Positions 15,747 through 23,873 are shown, numbered from the stretch's first letter. The stretch: DNA of 64,000 bases from Candidatus Nealsonbacteria bacterium (GCA_030612885.1 JAUWMZ010000003.1:69578-133577), one strand, 5' to 3'. The notes: generated by a model from the letters alone, not told the origin. Made by a program: numbers and translations.

Positions 15747-16520
15747 ATGAGTCCTAATATTTTAATGGCTATAGCTACTGGAGTTATGGCGATATTTACA
15801 GTTTTAACTTTTTATTTAAATTATTGGCAACAGAAACAATTTAAAAATCCTGTTCCTCAAATTTATTTTTCAGAACCCCAAATAATGGCTATTTCCAAAA
15901 CGGAAGATAAAAAGATTTTAATAAATTTTCTAGTTTATTTTCTTAATTCAGGAACATCACCAATTATAGGATCTGGAATCGAGCATAGAATTAGCAATAT
16001 AGAAACTGGAGAAAAGTATAAATTTGGCAAAACAAGATTTTTCGGAGACCAAGATAAACCTTTCGGCGTGACAATTCCAGAACTTTATAAGCTCTTACCG
16101 AGAATTAAAAAAATCCAAGATTTTTATGGCTTTGAGCAAATGTTTAAAATTTTTTATGGGGAAATTATGGAAAAATACGGTATCGAAATATTTAGTCCAT
16201 ATCCTATGCAAAAAGTCGAAGATTTATGGTCACTAAAGGGACAAACCCTGAAAGAAGATTATATTTCAGAAACAGAACTAGATTCTTATTGGGTGATCTC
16301 GCCGTACAAATTAAAGATAAAAAGGTATTATATTAAAGTGCCGTATAGTAAAGAAAAATATTACTCTTTCAAAGTAAAATTAATACTACATTATTATTGC
16401 GGAAGTAAAGCAAACGAAATTTTGAGATCTAAAGAATTTAAAATTAAACCAGTGATAATTGGTAAAAGTTTATGTTTTTATGAAAATGAACTAAAAACAA
16501 GGAAAGTATCTCACGAGTAA
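15747..16520 (+). CDS. Hypothetical protein with an N-terminal TM helix
   Basis: MSPNILMAIATGVMAIFTVLTFYL is followed by a soluble domain. No motif recognised. Confidence 0.45.
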   Translation: MSPNILMAIATGVMAIFTVLTFYLNYWQQKQFKNPVPQIYFSEPQIMAISKTEDKKILINFLVYFLNSGTSPIIGSGIEHRISNIETGEKYKFGKTRFFGDQDKPFGVTIPELYKLLPRIKKIQDFYGFEQMFKIFYGEIMEKYGIEIFSPYPMQKVEDLWSLKGQTLKEDYISETELDSYWVISPYKLKIKRYYIKVPYSKEKYYSFKVKLILHYYCGSKANEILRSKEFKIKPVIIGKSLCFYENELKTRKVSHE

Positions 16521-16619
16521 TAAATTTTAACCAATCAATTTTAGCTAAAGTGAAAAAAATAGTGTCAACTCTATTTTTAGAAGTCAAATAAAAGGTCAAA
16601 GAAATAATTAAATAAAATT

Positions 16620-17102
16620 ATGGAGAAAGCAGAATTTATATTAGCAGTGAAAAATATATTCAATAGTTGCCGGAATCTATCTAAACTTTCGGGCGGGGTA
16701 CGCAAATTTACTCCTGACGGCAGGATGGTTGGTGATATCGGAGAGGTAATAGCTAGTGTTTTTTATCGAGTTAACTTACATAACGTGGGTCGTCATGATT
16801 GGGATGGTGTCTATAACAGTAAAAACGTACAGATAAAAGCAACTGGTGGAGATAGTACATATCTTAGAGAACCGCCTAAAGATGGTTTTGCTGATGGTTT
16901 ATTGATGGTATTTAAGATTGATCGAGAAAGTGGTAAATATGAACTTATTTACAACGGGGATATTCAACGCGTTTGGGATGCGTTAAATAGCATAAATACC
17001 GATAGGACTGGCTCTAAGATGATTTCGTTAAATCGTCTTAGAAAATTACAAAAATTTGTCTATCCTGAAAATATTATTCCAGTCAGGCAAAAAATGGGTT
17101 AA
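16620..17102 (+). CDS. Small PD-(D/E)xK-like (restriction-endonuclease-fold, DUF6998-like) protein
   Basis: GDIGEVIA ... HDWDG ... VQIKAT resembles an E / D / (E/Q)xK arrangement. The gene is visibly more G+C-rich than its neighbours. Confidence 0.4.
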   Translation: MEKAEFILAVKNIFNSCRNLSKLSGGVRKFTPDGRMVGDIGEVIASVFYRVNLHNVGRHDWDGVYNSKNVQIKATGGDSTYLREPPKDGFADGLLMVFKIDRESGKYELIYNGDIQRVWDALNSINTDRTGSKMISLNRLRKLQKFVYPENIIPVRQKMG

Positions 17103-17202
17103 TGGGGTCAGGAGCCTTTTTATAAATTAATGGATGCTAAAGAGTTAAAAGCCAAACAAAAAGTCGAAAAATTAATTGAGAAATAATAAATATAAATAAT
17201 TT

Positions 17203-17643
17203 ATGGCTCAAGATATACATATTTGGGAAAAAGAAATATATGATTGGGGAGAGTTAATGAAATTAAATCGCAGAGAAGGTGAGATTAAAAATAATAAAGA
17301 AGAATTTTATCCTTTTGGTAACTTCTCTCAACTTGAGGGAAGTTTGGCACACACAGAAGATTTTGAATTAAAATACTGGATTTTTCAGAAAAATAAAAAT
17401 GCATGTCATGATGAAAAGAAACAGAAAAAATCTACAGAGTATACCTTTCTTATAAAAGGTAGGGTTAAGGGATGGATAAAAAATAAGGTAGGAAAGAAAG
17501 AGGAAATTAATATGAATTCAGGGGATTGTATAATAATAAAACCTGGTTATTGTAGTAATTTAGTAGAAGAGGTTATAGAGGATTCTGAAGGAGTTACAAT
17601 AAAAGTTCCTAGTGACCCTAAAGATACTAAGAGACCGTGTTGA
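17203..17643 (+). CDS. Hypothetical protein, possibly cupin-like
   Basis: 146-aa ORF. Beta-rich C-terminal half (YTFLIKGRVKGWI...GDCIIIKPGY...GVTIKVP). Confidence 0.4.
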   Translation: MAQDIHIWEKEIYDWGELMKLNRREGEIKNNKEEFYPFGNFSQLEGSLAHTEDFELKYWIFQKNKNACHDEKKQKKSTEYTFLIKGRVKGWIKNKVGKKEEINMNSGDCIIIKPGYCSNLVEEVIEDSEGVTIKVPSDPKDTKRPC

Positions 17644-17725
17644 GAAAAAATAGGAGTCAGCTCTGTTTTTACAAACAGAAAGTTGAACTCTCTTTCGTTG
17701 AAACTACGGACGGGCAGGGGATTAA
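17644..17725 (+). repeat. Intergenic module, copy 1 (left block GAAAAAATAGGAGTCAGCTCTGTTTTT, right block AAACTACGGACGGGCAGGGGATTAA)
   Basis: The same two blocks, with a different 27-31 nt centre, recur at 18534-18609. The right block ends 4-6 nt before an ATG in both copies. Confidence 0.85.
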
Positions 17726-17731
17726 TTAATA

Positions 17732-17911
17732 ATGGAAAATAAACAATATAAATGTAAAAAATGTGGTTGCAAAATGAAAAAGAGTGGCCCTTATTTGCCA
17801 CGGAAAGAAGAGGGCGAACCAGCGCATAAAGGACATTTACCAGTTTATTATTGTTGTATGAATGAAAATTGCGATAATTTTATGAAAAGCATTGGAGTAT
17901 TAGAGAAATAA
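17732..17911 (+). CDS. Small zinc-ribbon protein (59 aa; below the ORF-track cutoff)
   Basis: MENKQYKCKKCGCKMKKSGPYLPRKEEGEPAHKGHLPVYYCCMNENCDNFMKSIGVLEK* with CxxC ... CxxxxC. GGGGA lies 11 nt upstream. Confidence 0.5.
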   Translation: MENKQYKCKKCGCKMKKSGPYLPRKEEGEPAHKGHLPVYYCCMNENCDNFMKSIGVLEK

Positions 17912-17915
17912 ATCT

Positions 17916-18533
17916 ATGAAAGAAAAAATCAAGAGATGGTTTAGTTGGCTTTGGAAAAAATTTTTGGGGAAAAAGGAAATTAAGAAATTATCAAATGAAG
18001 AATTCAAGCTTCTTGTTGGTACTTTAAGCTTTACTTATCGGCAATTCTGTTTTAATAAAATTGGGCATAAAAAAATTGACGATAAACCTTGGGAAAATTT
18101 TAAAGACATATGGAGTCATATTCTTATTAGTTGGCGACATTACTATTTAATAAATTTAGCAAAAATTTTTGATAAAAAATCCTATAATACGAGGAATGGC
18201 AAGAAAATCACTCTTTCTATTTTTCGTGCTATACCCAAATCTAAATTTAGTGCAGACGATAAGGAAACTATTAAAAAAATTATGCGAGTTCGGAATGAAA
18301 TGTTAGCTCATCTTGAAGCAGAAAAAGTATTACAGGGAAAAAGGAACGAAGAAGCTTACGGATTGGACTTTGAAGGCAAGCAGATTGAATCTCTAATTGG
18401 CAACACTTTTAAATTGCTTAATCAGATAAGATGGGATTATGGCTTTCCTTATGAATTAAATCAACGCCAACAAAAAAATGATGCTGAAAAAGAATTTGAT
18501 AAGTGGTATAAGGTTTTTAAAGAAGCACAATAG
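17916..18533 (+). CDS. HEPN-like (AbiU2-type) protein candidate
   Basis: MRVRNEMLAHLE contains the Rx4-6H HEPN signature (R-N-x-x-x-A-H). Alpha-helical, 205 aa. Confidence 0.4.
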   Translation: MKEKIKRWFSWLWKKFLGKKEIKKLSNEEFKLLVGTLSFTYRQFCFNKIGHKKIDDKPWENFKDIWSHILISWRHYYLINLAKIFDKKSYNTRNGKKITLSIFRAIPKSKFSADDKETIKKIMRVRNEMLAHLEAEKVLQGKRNEEAYGLDFEGKQIESLIGNTFKLLNQIRWDYGFPYELNQRQQKNDAEKEFDKWYKVFKEAQ

Positions 18534-18609
18534 GAAAATAGGAGTCAGCTCTGTTTTTTAGAGCAAATCAAACCCCAGTAGTATAAACTACGGACGGGCA
18601 GGGGATTAA
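18534..18609 (+). repeat. Intergenic module, copy 2
   Basis: GAAAATAGGAGTCAGCTCTGTTTTTT ... AAACTACGGACGGGCAGGGGATTAA; see copy 1. Confidence 0.85.
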
Positions 18610-18613
18610 AATT

Positions 18614-19339
18614 ATGGAAAACAAAAAGAATTTATTAAAGAATTTGTTAGGGTTGTTTATTGGATTTTTGGTTGTTTTATTTTATCTGTTTGGAGTAGAT
18701 TTTTATCAGGACCAGTCATATACTTTGGAGACAGAAGAGGTTGAAGTCCAGGTAGAAAGAGTAATTGACGGAGACACAATCCAAGTTAGGGAACTTCAAA
18801 GTGATGAGGTTTTTAATGTTCGCTATTTGGGAATTGATACTCCAGAGCTTGAGGGTCAGGATTATGAATCTTGCTTTGCGTCACAGGCGACAGAGAGAAA
18901 TGAGGACCTGGTTTTAGATAAAAAAGTGATTTTGGAATTTGATATTGATAAATATGATAGATTTGGCAGAACCCTGGCTTATGTTTATACTTTAGATGAA
19001 TTTGGCGAAAAGCAAACCTTTGTTAATCTTGAACTTTTGCAAGAAGGTTATGCCAGATTTTATCTTGATAAACAAAATACTCTTTATCAGGATGAATTTG
19101 TTCAAGCAGTTCTCACAGCTCAGGAAGATTTTTTAGGGATTTGGGGTTCTTGCGGGGAAGCAAGTTTTGACGTAAAATGTATGATTAAGGGTAATATAGA
19201 TCGTCTGGGTCAAAAATATTATCATCTTCCTGGAGATAAATATTATTCTTCTACCAAAATTAATCCCCTTAAAGAGGACCACTGGCTCTGTACCATTGAA
19301 GAGGCAGAGGCCAAAAACTTCCATAGAGCCCTTCAATGA
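18614..19339 (+). CDS. Membrane-anchored thermonuclease (SNase/micrococcal nuclease family)
   Basis: N-terminal TM helix. VIDGDTIQV, YLGIDTPE and DRFGRTLAYVY are SNase motifs. The C-terminal CMIKGNIDRLGQKYYHLPGDKYYSSTKI...WLCTIEEAEAKNF is the conserved Cys-containing tail. Confidence 0.9.
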   Translation: MENKKNLLKNLLGLFIGFLVVLFYLFGVDFYQDQSYTLETEEVEVQVERVIDGDTIQVRELQSDEVFNVRYLGIDTPELEGQDYESCFASQATERNEDLVLDKKVILEFDIDKYDRFGRTLAYVYTLDEFGEKQTFVNLELLQEGYARFYLDKQNTLYQDEFVQAVLTAQEDFLGIWGSCGEASFDVKCMIKGNIDRLGQKYYHLPGDKYYSSTKINPLKEDHWLCTIEEAEAKNFHRALQ

Positions 19340-19500
19340 GGAAAATAGAAAGAAAATAGTGTTAAATATATGTCTTTTCTATTTAAAAGAATAAAAATTA
19401 AGTGGTGGCTGGCAATTTTGATTTACCTTCTTTTTACTAGTTTAATTATTTTATTAGAAGTTTTGATAATAAAATAATTGAGAATTTTAACTAAAAAAAT

Positions 19501-19992
19501 ATGAACAAAAATATTATAATAATCATAGTAATTATTGCTGTTGCAGGCGCTGGCTTTTGGTTTTATAACTGGCAGAGTCAGGACGAAAATCAGAGCCAAA
19601 ACCAGGATCAGAATCAGAACCAAGAGACAGAAGAAGAGCAAAACGAAACAAAAGAGGAAGGGGAAAAAGGACAACTCAAAATAGAGATTTTAGAACAAGG
19701 AACCGGCGAATTAGCTGATGTTGGCAATACAGTAGCTGTTCATTATACAGGCACATTTGAGGATGGAACAAAGTTTGATTCAAGTTTGGACAGAGGACAG
19801 CCGTTTATTTTTAAATTGGGACAAGGACAAGTGATAAAGGGCTGGGAGCAGGGGATTTTAGGAATGAAAGTCGGCGAAAATAGAAAATTAACAATTGGTC
19901 CGGATTTAGCTTACGGAGAGATGGGAATACCAGGAGCGATATTGCCAAATGCAGTTTTAATCTTTGAAGTAGAGCTTTTAGAAATTCAATAA
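19501..19992 (+). CDS. FKBP-type peptidyl-prolyl cis-trans isomerase, membrane anchored
   Basis: TM helix, Q/N/D/E-rich linker, then [16 protein letters not shown]...[18 protein letters not shown]...LIFEVELL. Confidence 0.9.
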   Translation: MNKNIIIIIVIIAVAGAGFWFYNWQSQDENQSQNQDQNQNQETEEEQNETKEEGEKGQLKIEILEQGTGELADVGNTVAVHYTGTFEDGTKFDSSLDRGQPFIFKLGQGQVIKGWEQGILGMKVGENRKLTIGPDLAYGEMGIPGAILPNAVLIFEVELLEIQ

Positions 19993-19994
19993 TT

Positions 19995-20846
19995 ATGAAA
20001 AAATCTATTTATGTAATTAATTTCAGAGGGGAAAGAAAGCCGTTTTCTTTAAGGAAAGTTTACCGGGGAGCCAGGAAAGTGGGCGCTTCAAAGAAATTGG
20101 CTCAAGAGATTAGCCAAGTTATTCAAATGGAGGCCTATCCCGGTATCAAAACCTTAGAGATTTTTAAGAGGATAAAAGAACTTTTAAATCGCGAATCCCT
20201 TAAATTAGGAATAAAATTTTCTTTAAAAGAAGGAATGAAAAAATTGGGGCCCAGCGGTTTTCCCTTTGAGAAATTTATTGGAGAAATTTTCTTCAGACAG
20301 GGATATGAGGTTAAATTAAATCAATATCTTCAGGGCGATTGCTTGAAATATGAAATTGATTTTTTAGCCAAAAAAGGAAATTTGCTTTATGTCGGCGAGT
20401 GCAAATTCAGACATTTATTGGAAGAAGGGCGGGTTCATTCAGAAACTGCTTTGGCTTATTTGGCTAAAACTTTAGATATAAGGAAAGGAAATGTACTTAA
20501 GAGAAAAGAGTTTAATGGCTTTGATGTAAGGCCTATTTTGGTTACTAACGCTAAATTTACCAAGTCAGCGGCTAAATATTCAAGATGCGCAGGGATTGAG
20601 CTTCTGGGCTGGAAATGTCCTAAATCAGGAGGCCTGGAATATATAATTGATAAAAACGGTTTTTATCCTATAACTATTTTGCCTTCTTTAAAGAAAGATT
20701 TAGCTGAGGTTTTTATCAAGAGAAAAATGGTTTTAGCAAAAGATGTTTTAAAAATTAATCCTCAAAAATTTTCAGAGCAAACAGGAATCCCTGAAAAAAA
20801 CTTAAATTCTTTAATAAAAGAAGCTAAAATTTTATTTGAAGCATAA
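19995..20846 (+). CDS. ATP-cone domain fused to an Mrr-like restriction endonuclease domain
   Basis: N-terminal ATP-cone-like YVINFRGERKPFSLRKVYRGARKVG. Centre GFPFEKFIGEIFFRQGYEV...YEIDFLAKKGNLLYVGECKFR is a D...E-x-K core. Confidence 0.65.
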   Translation: MKKSIYVINFRGERKPFSLRKVYRGARKVGASKKLAQEISQVIQMEAYPGIKTLEIFKRIKELLNRESLKLGIKFSLKEGMKKLGPSGFPFEKFIGEIFFRQGYEVKLNQYLQGDCLKYEIDFLAKKGNLLYVGECKFRHLLEEGRVHSETALAYLAKTLDIRKGNVLKRKEFNGFDVRPILVTNAKFTKSAAKYSRCAGIELLGWKCPKSGGLEYIIDKNGFYPITILPSLKKDLAEVFIKRKMVLAKDVLKINPQKFSEQTGIPEKNLNSLIKEAKILFEA

Positions 20847-20856
20847 TTAAAAATAT

Positions 20857-21876
20857 ATGGAGGAACAACAAAGAATTCAAAGGTTTTTACAAGAATTTTC
20901 TAAAAAATTAGCAGAAAAATTTAATAAAGATTTGGATTTTATTTTGCTGTTTGGCAGTGCGGCAAGAGGGGAGTGGAAAAGAGGAATAAGCGATGTGGAC
21001 TTGATAATTCAGGTCAAAAAACTGGAATCAGTGAAAGAGGTAAAAGAATATACAGACAAGATATTTTGGAAATTAGATGAGAAATATGATACTAAACTCA
21101 AAGAATCCTGCTCTGTAGGCGATAAAAAAGATGAAGTTAAAAAGGTATTAGAAAAGACCAAACTTTATGTCCCATATGAAATTTTCGGGCCAGCAGACAT
21201 AGATTGGGTAAACGGCAAAATAAAGAGGAAGGACTTATCACTGGGAGCAAAGTTAGTGGCTCCCCAATCTATGCTCTTTAAGAAAATGAAATACGAGGGC
21301 AAGATTTTATGGGGAAGGGATGTAAGAAAAATAATTCAGGCTAAGGCAAACTGGTGGGAGAAATTCAAAGCCATTTTAATACCATACCATATCGCCCTTT
21401 CTTCTGTTTTAGGGGCTTTATTTGTTCCAAAAATTTGCTTGAAAATGGCTGATAAAGCGGCTATTTACTCCATAGAATCTGTTTTGTTCTTTTTAGACAA
21501 ACCAATTGGAGGGGGCATAAAAAAAGCTACAGAAAAAATAGAAAAAGAAATAAAGAGAAAAGTTAGATATAGGCATAGTTTCTTGGGAACTATGGAAATT
21601 GATTTAGTATTAAATTTTGATTATCAAAAATTATTGAATTTTAATTTTGCAAAAGAAGCTATAGAGCTTAAATACAACTGGGTAGAGCAATCCAAAAAAT
21701 TTGACAGATGGAAAACCTTGAAATTTTGCTGCAGGTCTCTGCTTTTCGTGAATACTATGAACTGGTATGCTATATTCAAAGCAGACAGACATCGTATAAC
21801 CTTAAAGCTGTTATTTGTTTTTAGGACAATCCTATTGTTTTTAATAATCTGGTTGTATTTTCGTTATTTTAGATAA
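20857..21876 (+). CDS. Minimal (MNT/KNTase-type) nucleotidyltransferase with a helical, membrane-associated C-terminal region
   Basis: LLFGSAARGEWKRGISDVDLII has the GS...RG...DxD polymerase-beta NTase motif. The C-terminus has hydrophobic helices (LLFVFRTILLFLIIWLYF). Confidence 0.7.
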   Translation: MEEQQRIQRFLQEFSKKLAEKFNKDLDFILLFGSAARGEWKRGISDVDLIIQVKKLESVKEVKEYTDKIFWKLDEKYDTKLKESCSVGDKKDEVKKVLEKTKLYVPYEIFGPADIDWVNGKIKRKDLSLGAKLVAPQSMLFKKMKYEGKILWGRDVRKIIQAKANWWEKFKAILIPYHIALSSVLGALFVPKICLKMADKAAIYSIESVLFFLDKPIGGGIKKATEKIEKEIKRKVRYRHSFLGTMEIDLVLNFDYQKLLNFNFAKEAIELKYNWVEQSKKFDRWKTLKFCCRSLLFVNTMNWYAIFKADRHRITLKLLFVFRTILLFLIIWLYFRYFR

Positions 21877-21927
21877 TCACGGTAAAATAAAATGGGGTCA
21901 ACTCTGAATTCAAAAACAATTTTAAAT

Positions 21928-21955
21928 AATCGCCAAAGAGGCGATTTTTTGTTTT
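21928..21955 (+). terminator. Rho-independent terminator
   Basis: AATCGCC-aaaga-GGCGATT followed by TTTTTGTTTT. Confidence 0.7.
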
Positions 21956-21958
21956 GCC

Positions 21959-21986
21959 TTGACTTATTTAAACAGCATTGTAGGAT
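21959..21986 (+). promoter_or_regulatory. Putative promoter TTGACT-N16-TAGGAT
   Basis: The same cttgacttattt block occurs at 3380-3391. Confidence 0.45.
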
Positions 21987-22015
21987 ATTATATTACAAGT
22001 TCTTTTAGAAAATTT

Positions 22016-22080
22016 AGGTATCCCAATGTGTTTGTCAGTCCTTCAATAAACTCAGGATTGGCAGATAGATTGGAATACCT
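22016..22080 (+). ncRNA. Structured 5' leader (long irregular hairpin) upstream of the radical-SAM operon
   Basis: Outer stem AGGTATCCCAAT / ATTGGAATACCT (12 bp, one mismatch). Inner stem TGTCAGTCCT / AGGATTGGCA (10 bp with two G-U pairs), 11-nt loop. It lies between the promoter and the AGGAGG RBS at 22108. Confidence 0.45.
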
Positions 22081-22122
22081 AAAAAATAATGGTAGACCAC
22101 TAAAAAAAGGAGGTAAAGAAAG

Positions 22123-23076
22123 ATGGATGTGATATGGAATTTGACGAAAGTTTGTCCATGGGATTGTGTAGTCTGTTCTGTCTCCGCTCTCCATGTTTGT
22201 GATACAACTGCGGACTATGTCTATTTAAAGCAGAAAGAAGAGGGTAAAGAACTTACTCTTGCCGAAAAGCTAATAGTGTTGAAATCCTTAGTTGATAGGG
22301 ATTTTAGCATCGATTTTTCCGGTGGGGATCCATTGTATTATAATGAGGATTTTCGAATAGTAGAACAAGCTACTCGTTGGTTGCCATCGCAAAAAATCAG
22401 TGTTAGTATGACAGGTAGTAATCTTACCGATGCCAAGTTAGAACTTCTAAAGAAAGTTGGTGCAGTAGAGTTTACCTTGGATAACCTTTTAGGAACAGAG
22501 AACCCTTTTCGGCCTCGCGGGTATAATCTTGCCTCAATGATGGCAATGAAAAAGTGTATTGCAGTAGGAATAAAAGTTCGAGCCATTACAGTTCTCTATC
22601 AAACTACAATATCTCAAGAGAATCTTGAAGATGTATACCATTGGTTATGTGAAAGTGCCATTTCAGAATGGGAACTATTGAGATTTTATCCAGTGGGAAG
22701 GAGCGTTGAACTTTCAAGACTTACTCCTTCTAATTCAGAATATCTGAGTACAATGAAGTTTTTGCGAGGATTACATGGATCTACTAAAATTTTCTTCCAG
22801 CATTCACTTAGAATACTAAAAGAAGGTATAAAATGTCCTGCAGTTGTAGAATCTATTGGCATTCTTCCGGGCGGAGAAGTAACGGCTTGTGCTTGGGCGA
22901 TGGATGATAATACGCGACCATTTAAAGAATTTTATCTTGGTAAATTACCGGAGGATGATTTAGGTGAAATTATTGATAGAGCACGGAGAATTCCAGAATA
23001 TTCTGAGAGAGTAAAATTTTGTCGAACAATTGCATATATTGAGAAAAAACACAAGAAAAGGGAGGGAACAATATGA
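22123..23076 (+). CDS. Radical SAM enzyme with a Cys-containing C-terminal (SPASM/twitch-like) region
   Basis: CPWDCVVC (CX3CX2C), FSGGDPL, C-terminal CPAVVES...VTACAWA. Visibly more G+C-rich than the surroundings. Confidence 0.75.
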   Translation: MDVIWNLTKVCPWDCVVCSVSALHVCDTTADYVYLKQKEEGKELTLAEKLIVLKSLVDRDFSIDFSGGDPLYYNEDFRIVEQATRWLPSQKISVSMTGSNLTDAKLELLKKVGAVEFTLDNLLGTENPFRPRGYNLASMMAMKKCIAVGIKVRAITVLYQTTISQENLEDVYHWLCESAISEWELLRFYPVGRSVELSRLTPSNSEYLSTMKFLRGLHGSTKIFFQHSLRILKEGIKCPAVVESIGILPGGEVTACAWAMDDNTRPFKEFYLGKLPEDDLGEIIDRARRIPEYSERVKFCRTIAYIEKKHKKREGTI

Positions 23077-23873
23077 AAATCAAAACAATACAATGTAAAA
23101 GCCTTTTAGGTAAGAGTAGATTACCAGAAGCAGATTATTGCATTAATCCCTACATAGGTTGTCTACACGGCTGTATCTATTGTTATTCTCGGTTTATGAA
23201 GCGATTTACGGGTCATACTGAAAGATGGGGTGAGTTTGTGGATGTGAAAATAAATGCTCCAGAAATTTTAGAGAAAGAACTATTACGAGGTTCCAAGAAA
23301 GGCATGGTGGTATTATCAAGCGTAACAGATCCATACCAGCAAGTTGAAGAAAAATATAAGATTACACGAGGTATCCTAGAAATTCTATTGAAACACGATT
23401 TTCCAATTTCCATTCTCACCAAATCAGATTTAGTGCTCAGAGATATAGACCTGTTGAAACAATTTAGTGATTGCGAAGTTGGGCTCACAATTACAACTCT
23501 AGACGAGAGGGTGGCAAGAGATTTTGAACCTCATTCTTCGTTTCCTCAGCAGAGAGTAAACGCTCTTGAAACACTTCACAAAGAAGGAATAAGGACATAT
23601 GGTTTTATTGGACCCATTCTTCCGAGATTGACCGAACTTCAGCCAATTTTCGCTGCTTTACAAGGAAAAGTCGATTTTGTGATGGCAGAAAATCTTAATA
23701 TGAAATGTGGAAATTGGAGAGATATTCAAGAGGTTCTAGGAAAAAACTACCCCTATTTATTGCCACTCTATCGTGCCAGATTCGATCAAAAATATTGGAA
23801 TACGGTGGAGAAAGAATTAGAAAGACTGACTGAGGAATTCAATATACCGCTGAAAGGATTCTATCAACATTAA
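23073..23873 (+). CDS. Radical SAM enzyme, SplB/COG1533-like (DNA photolyase-like family)
   Basis: CINPYIGCLHGCIYCYSRFM is the CX3CX2C with context typical of the SPL-family group. A 4-nt ATGA overlap with the upstream gene suggests translational coupling. Confidence 0.7.
   Translation: MKIKTIQCKSLLGKSRLPEADYCINPYIGCLHGCIYCYSRFMKRFTGHTERWGEFVDVKINAPEILEKELLRGSKKGMVVLSSVTDPYQQVEEKYKITRGILEILLKHDFPISILTKSDLVLRDIDLLKQFSDCEVGLTITTLDERVARDFEPHSSFPQQRVNALETLHKEGIRTYGFIGPILPRLTELQPIFAALQGKVDFVMAENLNMKCGNWRDIQEVLGKNYPYLLPLYRARFDQKYWNTVEKELERLTEEFNIPLKGFYQH

Noticed and set aside
17547-17801. Minus-strand ORF of 84 aa spanning the repeat module
   Set aside because: It runs antisense across the end of 17203..17643, the conserved intergenic module and the start of the zinc-ribbon ORF. 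There is no start context.
17644-18609. Idea that the two 80-nt modules are integron attC sites
   Set aside because: There is no integron integrase or attI nearby. The blocks lack the R''-L''/L'-R' internal symmetry of attC, and the right block clearly doubles as an RBS-bearing leader.
21877-22122. Search for a RiPP precursor peptide upstream of the SPASM-like radical-SAM gene
   Set aside because: Only 4-6 codon ORFs (MCLSVLQ*, MVDH*) are present, so there is no credible precursor.
21988-22194. Minus-strand ORF of 68 aa upstream of the radical-SAM genes
   Set aside because: It covers the structured leader and the start of 22123..23076 in antisense. The region is better explained as promoter, hairpin and RBS.
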